Source: a virus. Taken from it: a DNA stretch of 64,000 bases. A program made the position numbers and the translations under genes. Positions within the stretch are counted from its first letter, which is position 1. Every line of letters starts with the position of its first letter. The stretch lies in the IMG/VR virus record IMGVR_UViG_3300003937_000247; one strand, given 5' to 3'. The notes beneath the pieces were generated by a model, which saw nothing but the letters and a program-made list of their open reading frames with translations, was not told where the DNA came from and ran no database searches. Positions 1-9,517 of the stretch are shown here, one piece after another.

Positions 1-249
1 GAAACAAACGTTAGAGTAGTAGATCCTACAGCAGATAGAACAATTACTCTACCTGATGAAACAGGTACTGTTATAACAACTGGCAGTTCTGCCGCTATAA
101 CAGGTGCAATGATAGCACTAAATACAGTTGCAGAAGCTAATATGGCAGATGACTCTATTGGTCAGGATCAACTAAAAAGTGTAGTAACCTTACAGATTAT
201 AGACTCTGGAGGTACAGTAGTGAAGACAATGTACGCTGCTGGGGCATAG
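1..249 (+). CDS. 3' end of tail fibre-like protein (partial)
   Basis: Frame 1 reads ETNVRVVDPTADRTITLPD...VTLQIIDSGGTVVKTMYAAGA*; the DPTADRTITLP module recurs in the fibre genes at 23224-36813. Confidence 0.8.
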   Translation, partial: ETNVRVVDPTADRTITLPDETGTVITTGSSAAITGAMIALNTVAEANMADDSIGQDQLKSVVTLQIIDSGGTVVKTMYAAGA

Positions 250-261
250 ACTTAAAAGATG

Positions 262-302
262 TATAAATATATTATGGATATAGGTGAAAGAATTTATAAA
301 TA
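262..302 (+). promoter_or_regulatory. T4-type late (gp55) promoters, TATAAATA x2
   Basis: Exact TATAAATA at 262-269 and 295-302, upstream of the structural gene at 369. Confidence 0.75.
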
Positions 303-368
303 TGTAAATAGAGAGGTACTTACTAATAATTATAATATGAATGAGTACCAGAAATTAATGGAGACAAC

Positions 369-1304
369 ATGGCAGTAAGAAAACCTTTATATGTAGCAAG
401 TAGCAACTTACGAGAGATGACAACCGCAATGGTTTTAGAAATCGTACAAGCTGCTGTCTATCAATATTCACTAAATCCTGGCGTTGCTTTAACTGTATCT
501 GCAGGCGGTGGAAACATCGGAAGTATTTCAGATACAAGAAAACAAGCAGGTGCTCAATCAACAAGTACAACTGCATTTCCAAGTGAGGGTACAACAGCTG
601 AACCTAGTACGGTTACAGTAACTTACAATCACGTTGTATCAACGGATGCTAGTTTAACACCAACAGCTGACTCAGGCAAAACATGGCCTGTATATTACAA
701 TTCAAGTGGACAGATTCAAGCAATGAATTTAGCAGACGTAAAAGATACTTTTTTACATCCTGCAATTGACTTATTAGCTTCAGGTTCAACAGGAACAGAT
801 CAAGCTGGAACTTATACAGTAAGTACTGGAACATCTTTAGCAGGTAGTACCAACATAAGTACAACAGCAATATATGCAGATACAAGAGCTGACACAGGTG
901 CATATGCAGCTGGCAGTATTCCAGAAACACAAGATCAACCTACAACAATTACAAGTTATTACCTACATAGAATAAATGGAAATGATAATTCATTTACTGA
1001 ACCGTATTATTTGGATGGTTCAAACAATGTTAAAGAATATACAACCGCAGCTATTCAATCATTATTACAAGAATGGATGAGAAAAACAGCGGCTGATTCT
1101 GGTGATGGTTATGCTTTGAGTTATACTCTAGGAACTACAGCAACTGGTAACACAAGAGGTTCTGGTATGGCTGATACAATTTTAAATGGTTCTGGTAATT
1201 ATCAGACAAGATATGTAAATACAGATGACTATAGGGCGCAAGAGTTTCCTAATGGATCATCTACAACAGCAAACACTTATTATTTAAGAATTATTAAATC
1301 GTAA
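369..1304 (+). CDS. Virion structural / tail-associated protein
   Basis: Thr/Ser/Gly-rich 311 aa, late promoter and GGAG RBS, three internal P-x-Y repeats. Confidence 0.6.
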   Translation: MAVRKPLYVASSNLREMTTAMVLEIVQAAVYQYSLNPGVALTVSAGGGNIGSISDTRKQAGAQSTSTTAFPSEGTTAEPSTVTVTYNHVVSTDASLTPTADSGKTWPVYYNSSGQIQAMNLADVKDTFLHPAIDLLASGSTGTDQAGTYTVSTGTSLAGSTNISTTAIYADTRADTGAYAAGSIPETQDQPTTITSYYLHRINGNDNSFTEPYYLDGSNNVKEYTTAAIQSLLQEWMRKTAADSGDGYALSYTLGTTATGNTRGSGMADTILNGSGNYQTRYVNTDDYRAQEFPNGSSTTANTYYLRIIKS

Positions 1305-1338
1305 TATCATTCCTCCCGATATTGCTTTGTTATGAATT

Positions 1339-2088
1339 ATGAATATATTATTAACAGGTAGTGAAGGCTTTGTTGGCCAACATTTATTTAAATATTTAAA
1401 ACCCAATCATAAAATAATTTGTTTAGACAAGTTAGCAGGTAATGATTTATTATCCTGTGACTTAAAATATTCCGTAGATTTAGTTATACATCTTGCTGGT
1501 TTATCTGGCGTAAGAGATAGTTTAGAAAGATCAACAGAATATTGGATACAAAATGTAATCGCAGGTCAAAGACTTTTTGATTATTTCAAAGACACAAGAA
1601 TCCTATACGCAAGTTCATCAACAGCACACGAGCCTTGGAAAAATCCATATGCAATGAGTAAATATAGTTTGGAGCGTATTGCTCCTGCTAATAGTCTTGG
1701 TATGAGATTTACAACCATATATGGTCCTAATGCTAGAGAAAGTATGTTAATACCTAGAATATTAAGAAATGATGTGCCTTATATTAATACAAATCATAGT
1801 AGAGATTTTATACACGTGGAAGATGTTTGTTCGGCAATTTATTCTTTAATAACACACAATGCTATTACAGCTTATCCAAATCATACAGGTGTCATAGATG
1901 TAGGTTCTGGTACGACAAACAATCTTATAAAGTTAATTGATTACTTCAAAATTGACTGTGAGCGTGTTATAGGAGATGAGTATGAAAGAATAGATAATCT
2001 TGCCGATACTGCTATACTAAATAGTACTGGCTGGTCACCAAAGATTAATTTATATGACTATATTAAGGAGAATAAAAATGACAACTGA
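1339..2088 (+). CDS. NAD-dependent epimerase/dehydratase (extended SDR)
   Basis: ILLTGSEGFVG Rossmann motif, HLAG, YASSS, YAMSK catalytic YxxxK. Confidence 0.9.
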   Translation: MNILLTGSEGFVGQHLFKYLKPNHKIICLDKLAGNDLLSCDLKYSVDLVIHLAGLSGVRDSLERSTEYWIQNVIAGQRLFDYFKDTRILYASSSTAHEPWKNPYAMSKYSLERIAPANSLGMRFTTIYGPNARESMLIPRILRNDVPYINTNHSRDFIHVEDVCSAIYSLITHNAITAYPNHTGVIDVGSGTTNNLIKLIDYFKIDCERVIGDEYERIDNLADTAILNSTGWSPKINLYDYIKENKNDN

Positions 2089-2623
2089 AATTAGTGAAGC
2101 AAGTGCAATAACTGAAGAATATTTAAAAGATAATTTTTTAACAGCGTACTTCATTGACAATGAAAGACAAAACATAGAGATACAAACTACAACTAGAGAT
2201 AAGAAACAAGTTATAACAAATATTATACCTTTTGATGAAGAAGATGTAAAATTTAAAGCACTACAAAGTGTTATGAATGTGGATCAATTACACGAGTCTA
2301 CATACCAAAAAGTTAAAAACGAAAGAAAATTGTTTGAAGAAACAGTTTTAAGAATCGCAAAAAAAGATGGTATTGTTATGGACTCTGCTAAGATTGATAC
2401 AAAATTTTATCCAAAAGTAATTGACGCTCTTTTTAATGATGAGGAGAATGCAGATCATCTCTTTGCATTGAAATTAGCTGTATTTGAATTAGAAAAAATT
2501 AAAGATTCACAAGAAGAAGATTTAAAAAAACAAATAAGACAATCTAAATCTAAAACAGAAATTATAGCAAAAGTTTGTGAGATTTTACTTCCTAAACGAG
2601 ATATCCCTATTGGGGATATGTAA
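2078..2623 (+). CDS. Hypothetical protein
   Basis: AAGGAG RBS precedes ATG 2078; charged helical protein. Confidence 0.6.
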   Translation: MTTEISEASAITEEYLKDNFLTAYFIDNERQNIEIQTTTRDKKQVITNIIPFDEEDVKFKALQSVMNVDQLHESTYQKVKNERKLFEETVLRIAKKDGIVMDSAKIDTKFYPKVIDALFNDEENADHLFALKLAVFELEKIKDSQEEDLKKQIRQSKSKTEIIAKVCEILLPKRDIPIGDM

Positions 2624-3221
2624 GATCCGACTTTAAAAAATATTTAGAATACCAACCAGTCCATCCTACTTCCATTATGTGGTGCATTTGACCAAGCGTA
2701 CACATACTAATTTGAGATGTAGTATCAAAGGTCGCCCTTTGAGATGGTTTATTATAGATGTAATCCTTTATTGAAGGACATACTCTACCATAAGTTTTGT
2801 ATTTTATATTTTTGTAATACCATTCATCACTACCTCTTGTATAAGTGTCTATAAAATGCTTGTCATTAGCTTTAAATGTATTCCAGATGTGTGATACATC
2901 ACCTGTCCAAGATACAACAGACGAATTTAAAGGTGTATGATTAGGTTCTCTCCACCAAGTATCATCTAAAAGTGTAAAATCTTTTCTAATTAAGTTGGGT
3001 AATTTATCAAAGATAATAACATCCAAATCAAAGTATAAATTTTCACCATCTCTAAATCTATCATACATTTGAAATTTATTAAACCAATTACCATATAAGT
3101 CATCTTCAACAACTTCAAAACTATCATATTTTAGACCAGAGTATTTGTCTATCATATGTTTTAAGTTATCAACGTGCCATTGAGTAAACTTATTACCGAA
3201 TCTACAACAAATAATCCGCAT
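2607..3221 (-). CDS. GT-A-like glycosyltransferase
   Basis: WFNKFQMY, YFDLDVII (DxD), LNSSVVSW, GSDEW. Confidence 0.75.
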   Translation of the reverse strand: MRIICCRFGNKFTQWHVDNLKHMIDKYSGLKYDSFEVVEDDLYGNWFNKFQMYDRFRDGENLYFDLDVIIFDKLPNLIRKDFTLLDDTWWREPNHTPLNSSVVSWTGDVSHIWNTFKANDKHFIDTYTRGSDEWYYKNIKYKTYGRVCPSIKDYIYNKPSQRATFDTTSQISMCTLGQMHHIMEVGWTGWYSKYFLKSDLTYPQ

Positions 3222-3315
3222 TTATTTTTCTTCCTACTCCTGTGTAGTGTATAACTTTAAGTTTTTCGTTTACTTCTTTATCTAATATCATATAATCAGT
3301 ATTAAACTTTTTCAT
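3202..3315 (-). pseudogene. Detached C-terminal fragment of the upstream glycosyltransferase-like gene (37 aa)
   Basis: MKKFNTDYMILDKEVNEKLKVIHYTGVGRKINADYLL*; VIHYTG resembles the GT-A C-terminal His motif; ATGA overlap with the stop of 3312-3839. Confidence 0.5.
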
Positions 3316-3839
3316 ATTTTAACGTAATTTTGTTCGCCGTAGTATTTTTTATGTACAGTACCGTTATTATAAAAATGTAGTTGCCAGTATTCTGGATTAA
3401 GTGCGAAGTCATCCCAAACAAACTTCAAAGAACCTGATTTAAATTTATAAAACCCACCATTAATACCTAACTTGTTTTCCCACCATTGACCATATGTAAC
3501 TAATTCATTTTCTTCAACAGGCCAATTCAATAAATCATCTACATTGCTTACAATGACTTGATCTATATCCATAATGATAATATCATCACCTGGATTTTGA
3601 TGTGCAAATTGTGGACTGAAAAATTTTAGTTTGTGCCAATGTTTAACTATATTACTATGATGGTTGTAGGGGTAGATAAAGTCAGCCTTCATCCCTGGAT
3701 GTTCAAAAGGATGTTTTCTATCTGCTAAACATATAAACTGAAAGGGAACTGTTGAATGTTTTTTTAAACCTTCGTAAAGTTTAGAAACATAAACTGGTGG
3801 ATAAAAACCTTCAAAGAAGACTGTACATATTTTAAGCAT
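3312..3839 (-). CDS. GT-A-like glycosyltransferase (apparently C-terminally truncated)
   Basis: HWHKLKFF, IMDIDQVI (DxD), INGGFYKF, GEQNYV then early stop; start taken at MLKICTV. Confidence 0.7.
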   Translation of the reverse strand: MLKICTVFFEGFYPPVYVSKLYEGLKKHSTVPFQFICLADRKHPFEHPGMKADFIYPYNHHSNIVKHWHKLKFFSPQFAHQNPGDDIIIMDIDQVIVSNVDDLLNWPVEENELVTYGQWWENKLGINGGFYKFKSGSLKFVWDDFALNPEYWQLHFYNNGTVHKKYYGEQNYVKI

Positions 3840-4767
3840 TAAGTCTTCTCCACACAAGGTCAAAATCTTTATTAATCGTGTGGCAAAGGATTGTTTCTTC
3901 AGGTATAAAACCTTGATTATATAAAAAGTAGTGCCATTTGCTGTCTAACCACAGAACAGGTACCTCATTTTCTTTTAACTTAACTGAAAATAATGTTTCA
4001 TTATCCCAACCAAAGTATTGTCTTATTCTATCAGGAAATATGTTAGTTACATATTTGTCATTTACTGTTACGATTTGAGGATCTTCTCTACCTTTAGGAA
4101 TATATAAAATATCTCTTGTTTGGATTTTTAAATGTGACATTAAAGCCATATTCTCCTCAAACTCACCAAAGTAATCTAATCTTGCAAGATTTAATTTATT
4201 AATACCTACAATGCCAGTATTAATAACATCATTTTTAATACTCATTTTTTTTTCAAACAACATTGCTTGAGCATTATAATATTTTGATGATGGACTTCTT
4301 ATTGTTTGAGAGGTGTCAGTAATAGCTTCAATTGTATTAATTCTATCATTGTTATTTAATATTGCTATACCTTCATTTAAATTCCAATGTTCAAAAAAGT
4401 TTTCATTCTTCATAGGTACAACATCAAAATCCAAATATAATATTTCATCATATTCTTCAGCCAATAGATACATTAAATGTATCTTATAAAAGTTTATTAT
4501 ATTATACATTGTTAAGAAAGGATACTTTGTTTTCATTTTGGAATGATAAATCATAAAATCAGTATCATATTCATACAATTTAAAATCAGCACCTATTTTG
4601 TTAGCATACATTTCTTTTACAGCACAAAGGTCGCCATAATGAAGTTTAAACTGATTTTTTGTTCTTACGTTGACAGGAGTATCACCTTCTTTAAGGAGGT
4701 TTTTATCAAAGATATCTATGTCATCTTTTGGTATCTCAATATATAAAGTATAAATTATTCTTTTCAT
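3832..4767 (-). CDS. GT-A-like glycosyltransferase
   Basis: FYKIHL, ILYLDFDVV (DxD), INTGIVG, DNETLF, WHY. Confidence 0.75.
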   Translation of the reverse strand: MKRIIYTLYIEIPKDDIDIFDKNLLKEGDTPVNVRTKNQFKLHYGDLCAVKEMYANKIGADFKLYEYDTDFMIYHSKMKTKYPFLTMYNIINFYKIHLMYLLAEEYDEILYLDFDVVPMKNENFFEHWNLNEGIAILNNNDRINTIEAITDTSQTIRSPSSKYYNAQAMLFEKKMSIKNDVINTGIVGINKLNLARLDYFGEFEENMALMSHLKIQTRDILYIPKGREDPQIVTVNDKYVTNIFPDRIRQYFGWDNETLFSVKLKENEVPVLWLDSKWHYFLYNQGFIPEETILCHTINKDFDLVWRRLNA

Positions 4768-4892
4768 AATATTGCTCCTATTAGTAAACCAATTAATATT
4801 CCTTCAACCCAAAATGCCCACCTATGCGAACCTTTGGCTGTATGTTTTTTTATAAATTCTTTTAACCATATGTCAAATTCTTTATTTTCCAT
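4764..4892 (-). CDS. Small membrane protein (42 aa, below ORF-track cutoff)
   Basis: MENKEFDIWLKEFIKKHTAKGSHRWAFWVEGILIGLLIGAIL*; AGGA RBS, fills the gap, ATGA overlap with the next gene. Confidence 0.6.
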   Translation of the reverse strand: MENKEFDIWLKEFIKKHTAKGSHRWAFWVEGILIGLLIGAIL

Positions 4893-4902
4893 AATATTAT
4901 TC

Positions 4903-5781
4903 CTATGCTGGCAAAGGATTCTTTTCTAAATCCTCAACTCTTGGAAGCCTTCCAATTAATGTAAATCTTGTTCCTCTTTCATCATTAATTTCATCTTCTA
5001 TAAGTATTTCGCAATCTAAAGGTATTTGTGTTTTAAATTCTTTTACATTGTTTACACAATTTATATGAGTATCAATATTGAACATATCATTTGATTGGAA
5101 CGCAAAATGAGCAGTCTTTTTCATTCTTGTCCACCATGGAACTTTACGTGTAACTGGTACACCAAATTTAGAATCAAAGTATAGGGATTTAGGTCCTGGA
5201 GGTCCCCATTCAGACATTGGTCTCATATGTTCACAAGCGGTGTTAATGAAGATATCAGCATTTGTATATTCTTGTCTAAATTTTTCAAATACATCATCCG
5301 CAATAAAATTTACATTTGGGTAATCCATAAACAATCTATTTTTAGCTACATTTATTACTCTCTCGTCCATATCTATTGCTGTTATTTTTTTAACTCTAGG
5401 TGCTAATGCAGGGACTAGAATGCTTCCAAACCAACAACCAAATATAACTATTTCTGTTTGCTCGTTAATTAATCCAAATTCGTCAAGGTGATTTATGATA
5501 TTAAATTTTGCGTTAACTTGTGGTGTACTGAAAGAATCTAAAAGACTATATTCTATATCTGGTTCTTTTTTTATAGTTTGTAATACGTTGTCAAGCAATC
5601 TATAATCAATGCCGTCATTTGTTGCCTTTAATATATTGTGTAAGAAACCAAATTGGTCATCCTCTTTTATTGCATATAATATATCATCAAGTGTTCTATA
5701 GTTTATATTTTTATTTTGCAAATCTATAATATTTTTAAAAAATTTCAAATTTTCTCGTTCTATCATTTTCTTATAATCCAA
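4903..5781 (-). CDS. Class I SAM-dependent methyltransferase-like
   Basis: IVIFGCWFG motif I, ITAIDMD, ADDVF, INTACEHM. Confidence 0.75.
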   Translation of the reverse strand: MDYKKMIERENLKFFKNIIDLQNKNINYRTLDDILYAIKEDDQFGFLHNILKATNDGIDYRLLDNVLQTIKKEPDIEYSLLDSFSTPQVNAKFNIINHLDEFGLINEQTEIVIFGCWFGSILVPALAPRVKKITAIDMDERVINVAKNRLFMDYPNVNFIADDVFEKFRQEYTNADIFINTACEHMRPMSEWGPPGPKSLYFDSKFGVPVTRKVPWWTRMKKTAHFAFQSNDMFNIDTHINCVNNVKEFKTQIPLDCEILIEDEINDERGTRFTLIGRLPRVEDLEKNPLPA

Positions 5782-7277
5782 TCATTTATTATTAATATAT
5801 CCAAATCAGTTCTTCTAAAGGTTCTTAAAGCGTGTTGTGGTGTTTCTACAATTGGTTCCTGACAATTGAAACTTGTATTTAACAACATCGGTATGCCTGT
5901 TATCTTATAAAACTCATTCACTATATTATAAAACTTTTTGTTATCTTTTATATTTATAGTCTGTATTCTAGCCGTATTATCAACGTGAGTAATCCCTGGC
6001 ACTTTATCAGTTTTAACTTGACATATACGTGACATATAAGGACTAGGTCCTCCTCTTGTATCAAAATATTCTTGGTAATGTTCTTCTAATACAACAGGTG
6101 CAAACGGTCTAAAATCTTCTCTCTTTTTTACTGTATGATTAATAATATCTTTAATATCAGGATTGCGTGGGTCTGCTAATATGCTTCTATTACCTAATGC
6201 TCTATTACCACTTTCTGATTTACCTTGAAACCAACCTACAATTTTTCCATCAGCAATTGCTTGTGCCACTTCTTTGTAATCTGCTTTTTCTTCACCTAGG
6301 TAATTATATTCTCTACCAGCATATGTGTTTGTTTTGTGTATATTATTATTTAAAGTAAAGTCAGCGTGTTGATATGTTCCTATTGCTTGTCCTTCATCAC
6401 CTACAGCAGGTGGTATGAAAACACTTTTATAATGTTTAGTAAATTCTTCGTTCATATATCCATTGTAAGCAACGCCACCTGCAATACATAAGTTATCACA
6501 AGTCTTTAATGGGTACACATATTTTTTAATTTTATCAATTGTAAATTTTTGAAGTGTGTATGCTAGGTCATCCATGCCGTGTGTTTCAACATCAATTTTT
6601 TTAAACTCTTTATATTTTCTTTCTAATACAGGTCCGTCCATTATGATTTCAAACGCATTATAATAATAACTACTATACTTACCATATCCAACTTTACCCA
6701 TAAGTTTACTTGCACCAAGTGTACCAAAACCTGTAAGATTAGACATATGGTTCCATAACCAACCAAGAGGTAGTACATCTGATAAGTCTATTAAATTTTG
6801 ATCTTTGTCAAAGAATACACATCTAAATTTTGATCCTATACCATCAATTGCTAGTATATCTGATTGTTTAAAACCAGAGTTTATAAATGCGTAAGCAGCG
6901 TGTGATTGATGATGGTCTATAAAGTAGATATTATCTTTGTAATAATAATCCCATAATTTTTTAGGGTCGTAATTAAATATTTCATCATGGCCTTTTAAAA
7001 CTGTTTTTAGTAATTCATCTTTTGATTTTCTTACACCACCATAAGTATATGTCCAAGCTAGAATACCATCATCAGGTTTTTTAAAATATCTTTCAGTAAA
7101 CTCATCATTTAATCTATAGTCGCCAGGATCCAATATGTCTGATTGATGAGCATATGCCTCGGCTCTATATGGTAAGTTGTGTTTAAATCTTGTTTGTCTT
7201 TCTGCTTGATAATGATATGCACCATCATAGGTATTGTGGTCGTGTAAATTTAATGCTACGGAATATATTTTACTCAT
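5763..7277 (-). CDS. O-carbamoyltransferase (NodU/CmcH/TobZ family)
   Basis: HHQSHAA, IDGIG, AGGVAYN, GDEGQAIG, GNRALGNRSILADP, KREDFRPFAP, HVDNTARIQT, LNTSFN. Confidence 0.95.
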   Translation of the reverse strand: MSKIYSVALNLHDHNTYDGAYHYQAERQTRFKHNLPYRAEAYAHQSDILDPGDYRLNDEFTERYFKKPDDGILAWTYTYGGVRKSKDELLKTVLKGHDEIFNYDPKKLWDYYYKDNIYFIDHHQSHAAYAFINSGFKQSDILAIDGIGSKFRCVFFDKDQNLIDLSDVLPLGWLWNHMSNLTGFGTLGASKLMGKVGYGKYSSYYYNAFEIIMDGPVLERKYKEFKKIDVETHGMDDLAYTLQKFTIDKIKKYVYPLKTCDNLCIAGGVAYNGYMNEEFTKHYKSVFIPPAVGDEGQAIGTYQHADFTLNNNIHKTNTYAGREYNYLGEEKADYKEVAQAIADGKIVGWFQGKSESGNRALGNRSILADPRNPDIKDIINHTVKKREDFRPFAPVVLEEHYQEYFDTRGGPSPYMSRICQVKTDKVPGITHVDNTARIQTINIKDNKKFYNIVNEFYKITGIPMLLNTSFNCQEPIVETPQHALRTFRRTDLDILIINDWIIRK

Positions 7278-8109
7278 TTAATACACTCCCATATTTTGAT
7301 ATAGGAAAATGACCTTTAGGGTTAACATATTCCATACAACTTTTACAATAACTCTCATATTTAAATAATCTATAATTCATCATTTTGTCAACGTTCTCCT
7401 GTGTAATTTCAAAATTTTTAGATACTATTAAATTATTAGCAAACTTTTTGCTACAATGTACTATGTGTCTTTTCTCAAAATCTATAACTGGCACCATAGG
7501 GAAAGCTGCACACATTTTTCTATCTATCTCGGCTGATTGTTCATCAATAACTTCTTTCATATTATCTTTGTTAGGCGTTCTACCATTAAAGGTTTTAAAC
7601 ATTGTGTTGTTATGACTTATTGCTTTTATATCTTCGGGAAAGTTATCTTTGTATTTAAAATAGTTAGGTGTTTTAACAACTAGATTGTAATTGTTAAAAT
7701 TATTCTCTGGTAACCAAGGAAAATTACCTAACTTCTCAATTCTGTCTTCATAAAAATCTTCTGTTGAGTGTTCTACATAAAGTATATCTTTATCTTCTAG
7801 TATTTCAGGATATCTTTTTCTAACAAAAGAGTTTGATAATACTGAACAAACAAAATTAGGATACTTTTTAATTTCATTAATAACATCTCTTAAATTTTTA
7901 ATTAGACCTGGCTCACCACCTAATAGACAAACACGAATTTTATATTTCCTTAACTTCTCTAAAGTACTCTTTAGAAAATCCATATCAACAGTTAAGTTTC
8001 TCATCTCTAAAGTATAACTTGTACAATAATGGCAAGATTTATTACACGACATAGATAGGAAGAAGTCTATGGCTAAATAATCTTGTTGTATTTCTTTTAA
8101 ATTTTTCAT
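7270..8109 (-). CDS. Radical SAM protein
   Basis: CNKSCHYC, LLGGEP, C-terminal Cys set (C..C..CKSC). Confidence 0.9.
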   Translation of the reverse strand: MKNLKEIQQDYLAIDFFLSMSCNKSCHYCTSYTLEMRNLTVDMDFLKSTLEKLRKYKIRVCLLGGEPGLIKNLRDVINEIKKYPNFVCSVLSNSFVRKRYPEILEDKDILYVEHSTEDFYEDRIEKLGNFPWLPENNFNNYNLVVKTPNYFKYKDNFPEDIKAISHNNTMFKTFNGRTPNKDNMKEVIDEQSAEIDRKMCAAFPMVPVIDFEKRHIVHCSKKFANNLIVSKNFEITQENVDKMMNYRLFKYESYCKSCMEYVNPKGHFPISKYGSVLNE

Positions 8110-8426
8110 CTATTATCAAATTTGTTAAAGAACAGTTTATTAAATGCTATTAACAACTTCTCTTTAGGTCTACTTTTAAAATTGGTTTTTTTGAAAAGAT
8201 AATCAGACCTTTCGTAACATTTTTCTATAATATATTCATAAATGTCCTCATTTTCTTTTTCAGTAAGTGACCTGTCTATAACTAATTTATCTCCAAATAT
8301 AAATTGCATTCTTTTAACAAACTGGATTAATCTGTATGGAATATCATCTGTTATATCAACCATATTATTAGTATCATCAACATAACAAAAATTAGTTCCT
8401 TTTGGACTTACAATTATCTCATTCAT
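8106..8426 (-). CDS. Hypothetical protein
   Basis: Coupled by 4-nt overlaps on both sides. Confidence 0.6.
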   Translation of the reverse strand: MNEIIVSPKGTNFCYVDDTNNMVDITDDIPYRLIQFVKRMQFIFGDKLVIDRSLTEKENEDIYEYIIEKCYERSDYLFKKTNFKSRPKEKLLIAFNKLFFNKFDNR

Positions 8427-9517
8427 ATTGTCATTATAATTATATCACATATCTTATCAACTTCATCATCTGTTACGTATGGATGAATTGGTAAAGATAA
8501 AATAGTTTCGGTTACTTTTTTACAATTTATACAATCGTCTTTTCTATGTATAATGGATTTATACATTTCATTTTCAGATATAGGTTTGTTGTAATGTACA
8601 TCTGCTTTCAATCTTTCTTTTAATAAATCTCTTGTTTTTTTGTCTTTTAATCTTATAACATATTTGTGATAGTTATGATTAAGACCGTTCGTTCTTGGTT
8701 GTATAATTACAGGCAATTGTTTTAAATTGTTATCATATCTTATTGCAACATTTAAACGACTATCTTGCCATTCATCCATCTTCTTTAATCTAAAGTTTAT
8801 AAACTCAGCATTGAATAATAACATTTTAGAATTATATCCTAACACTTCATTGTTTCCGTGTCTTCTTAATTTTCTTACTAAATTTGCTTGTTCTTTATTG
8901 TCTGTTAAAAAAGCACCACCGCCTGCAATACCAGCTACAGGTTTATTTGCATTGAAACTTATAGCGCTTACGTCTCCAATTGTACCTGCCTTAATACCAT
9001 TAAAACTAGAACCTAATGATTGACAAGCGTCCTCTATAAATGCAATATTCTTTTCTCTACAAAATTCTAATATCTCAAATGTCTCCGACATACTTCCAAA
9101 CAAGTGTGGATATATAATTGCTTTTACTTTTGGAGACCACATTTTTTTAATACTCTCTAAAGACATATGGTAAGTATCTGGATCAATATCACAAAATACA
9201 GGTGTTGCACCTACCATAGTGATACAAGAAGCAGTTGATATCCAGGAGAAGTTAGTTGTTAATACTTCATCACCAGGTTTAATTCCTATACCATCTTTAA
9301 TACCTAAACTAATTAAAGCAAAATGTAATGCGTCTGTTCCACTACCTACAGCAACAGCATATTTTCTATCGGTTACTCCATATAATGAATGTAAAATACT
9401 CTTTTCTAAAAACTCTATATTTCTTTCTTGTTCTTTTTGCATAACTCTATCAAAAAGTTTTAAGTATTCTTCTTTGTTTTCTAAATATTCTCTACCCCAA
9501 CCTGTGTAGTCTGTCAT
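8423..9517 (-). CDS. DegT/DnrJ/EryC1/StrS PLP-dependent sugar aminotransferase
   Basis: GSGTDALH, GATPVFCDID, IEDACQSLG, SFNANK (PLP lysine), GYNSKM, LSLPIHP. Confidence 0.95.
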   Translation of the reverse strand: MTDYTGWGREYLENKEEYLKLFDRVMQKEQERNIEFLEKSILHSLYGVTDRKYAVAVGSGTDALHFALISLGIKDGIGIKPGDEVLTTNFSWISTASCITMVGATPVFCDIDPDTYHMSLESIKKMWSPKVKAIIYPHLFGSMSETFEILEFCREKNIAFIEDACQSLGSSFNGIKAGTIGDVSAISFNANKPVAGIAGGGAFLTDNKEQANLVRKLRRHGNNEVLGYNSKMLLFNAEFINFRLKKMDEWQDSRLNVAIRYDNNLKQLPVIIQPRTNGLNHNYHKYVIRLKDKKTRDLLKERLKADVHYNKPISENEMYKSIIHRKDDCINCKKVTETILSLPIHPYVTDDEVDKICDIIIMTI

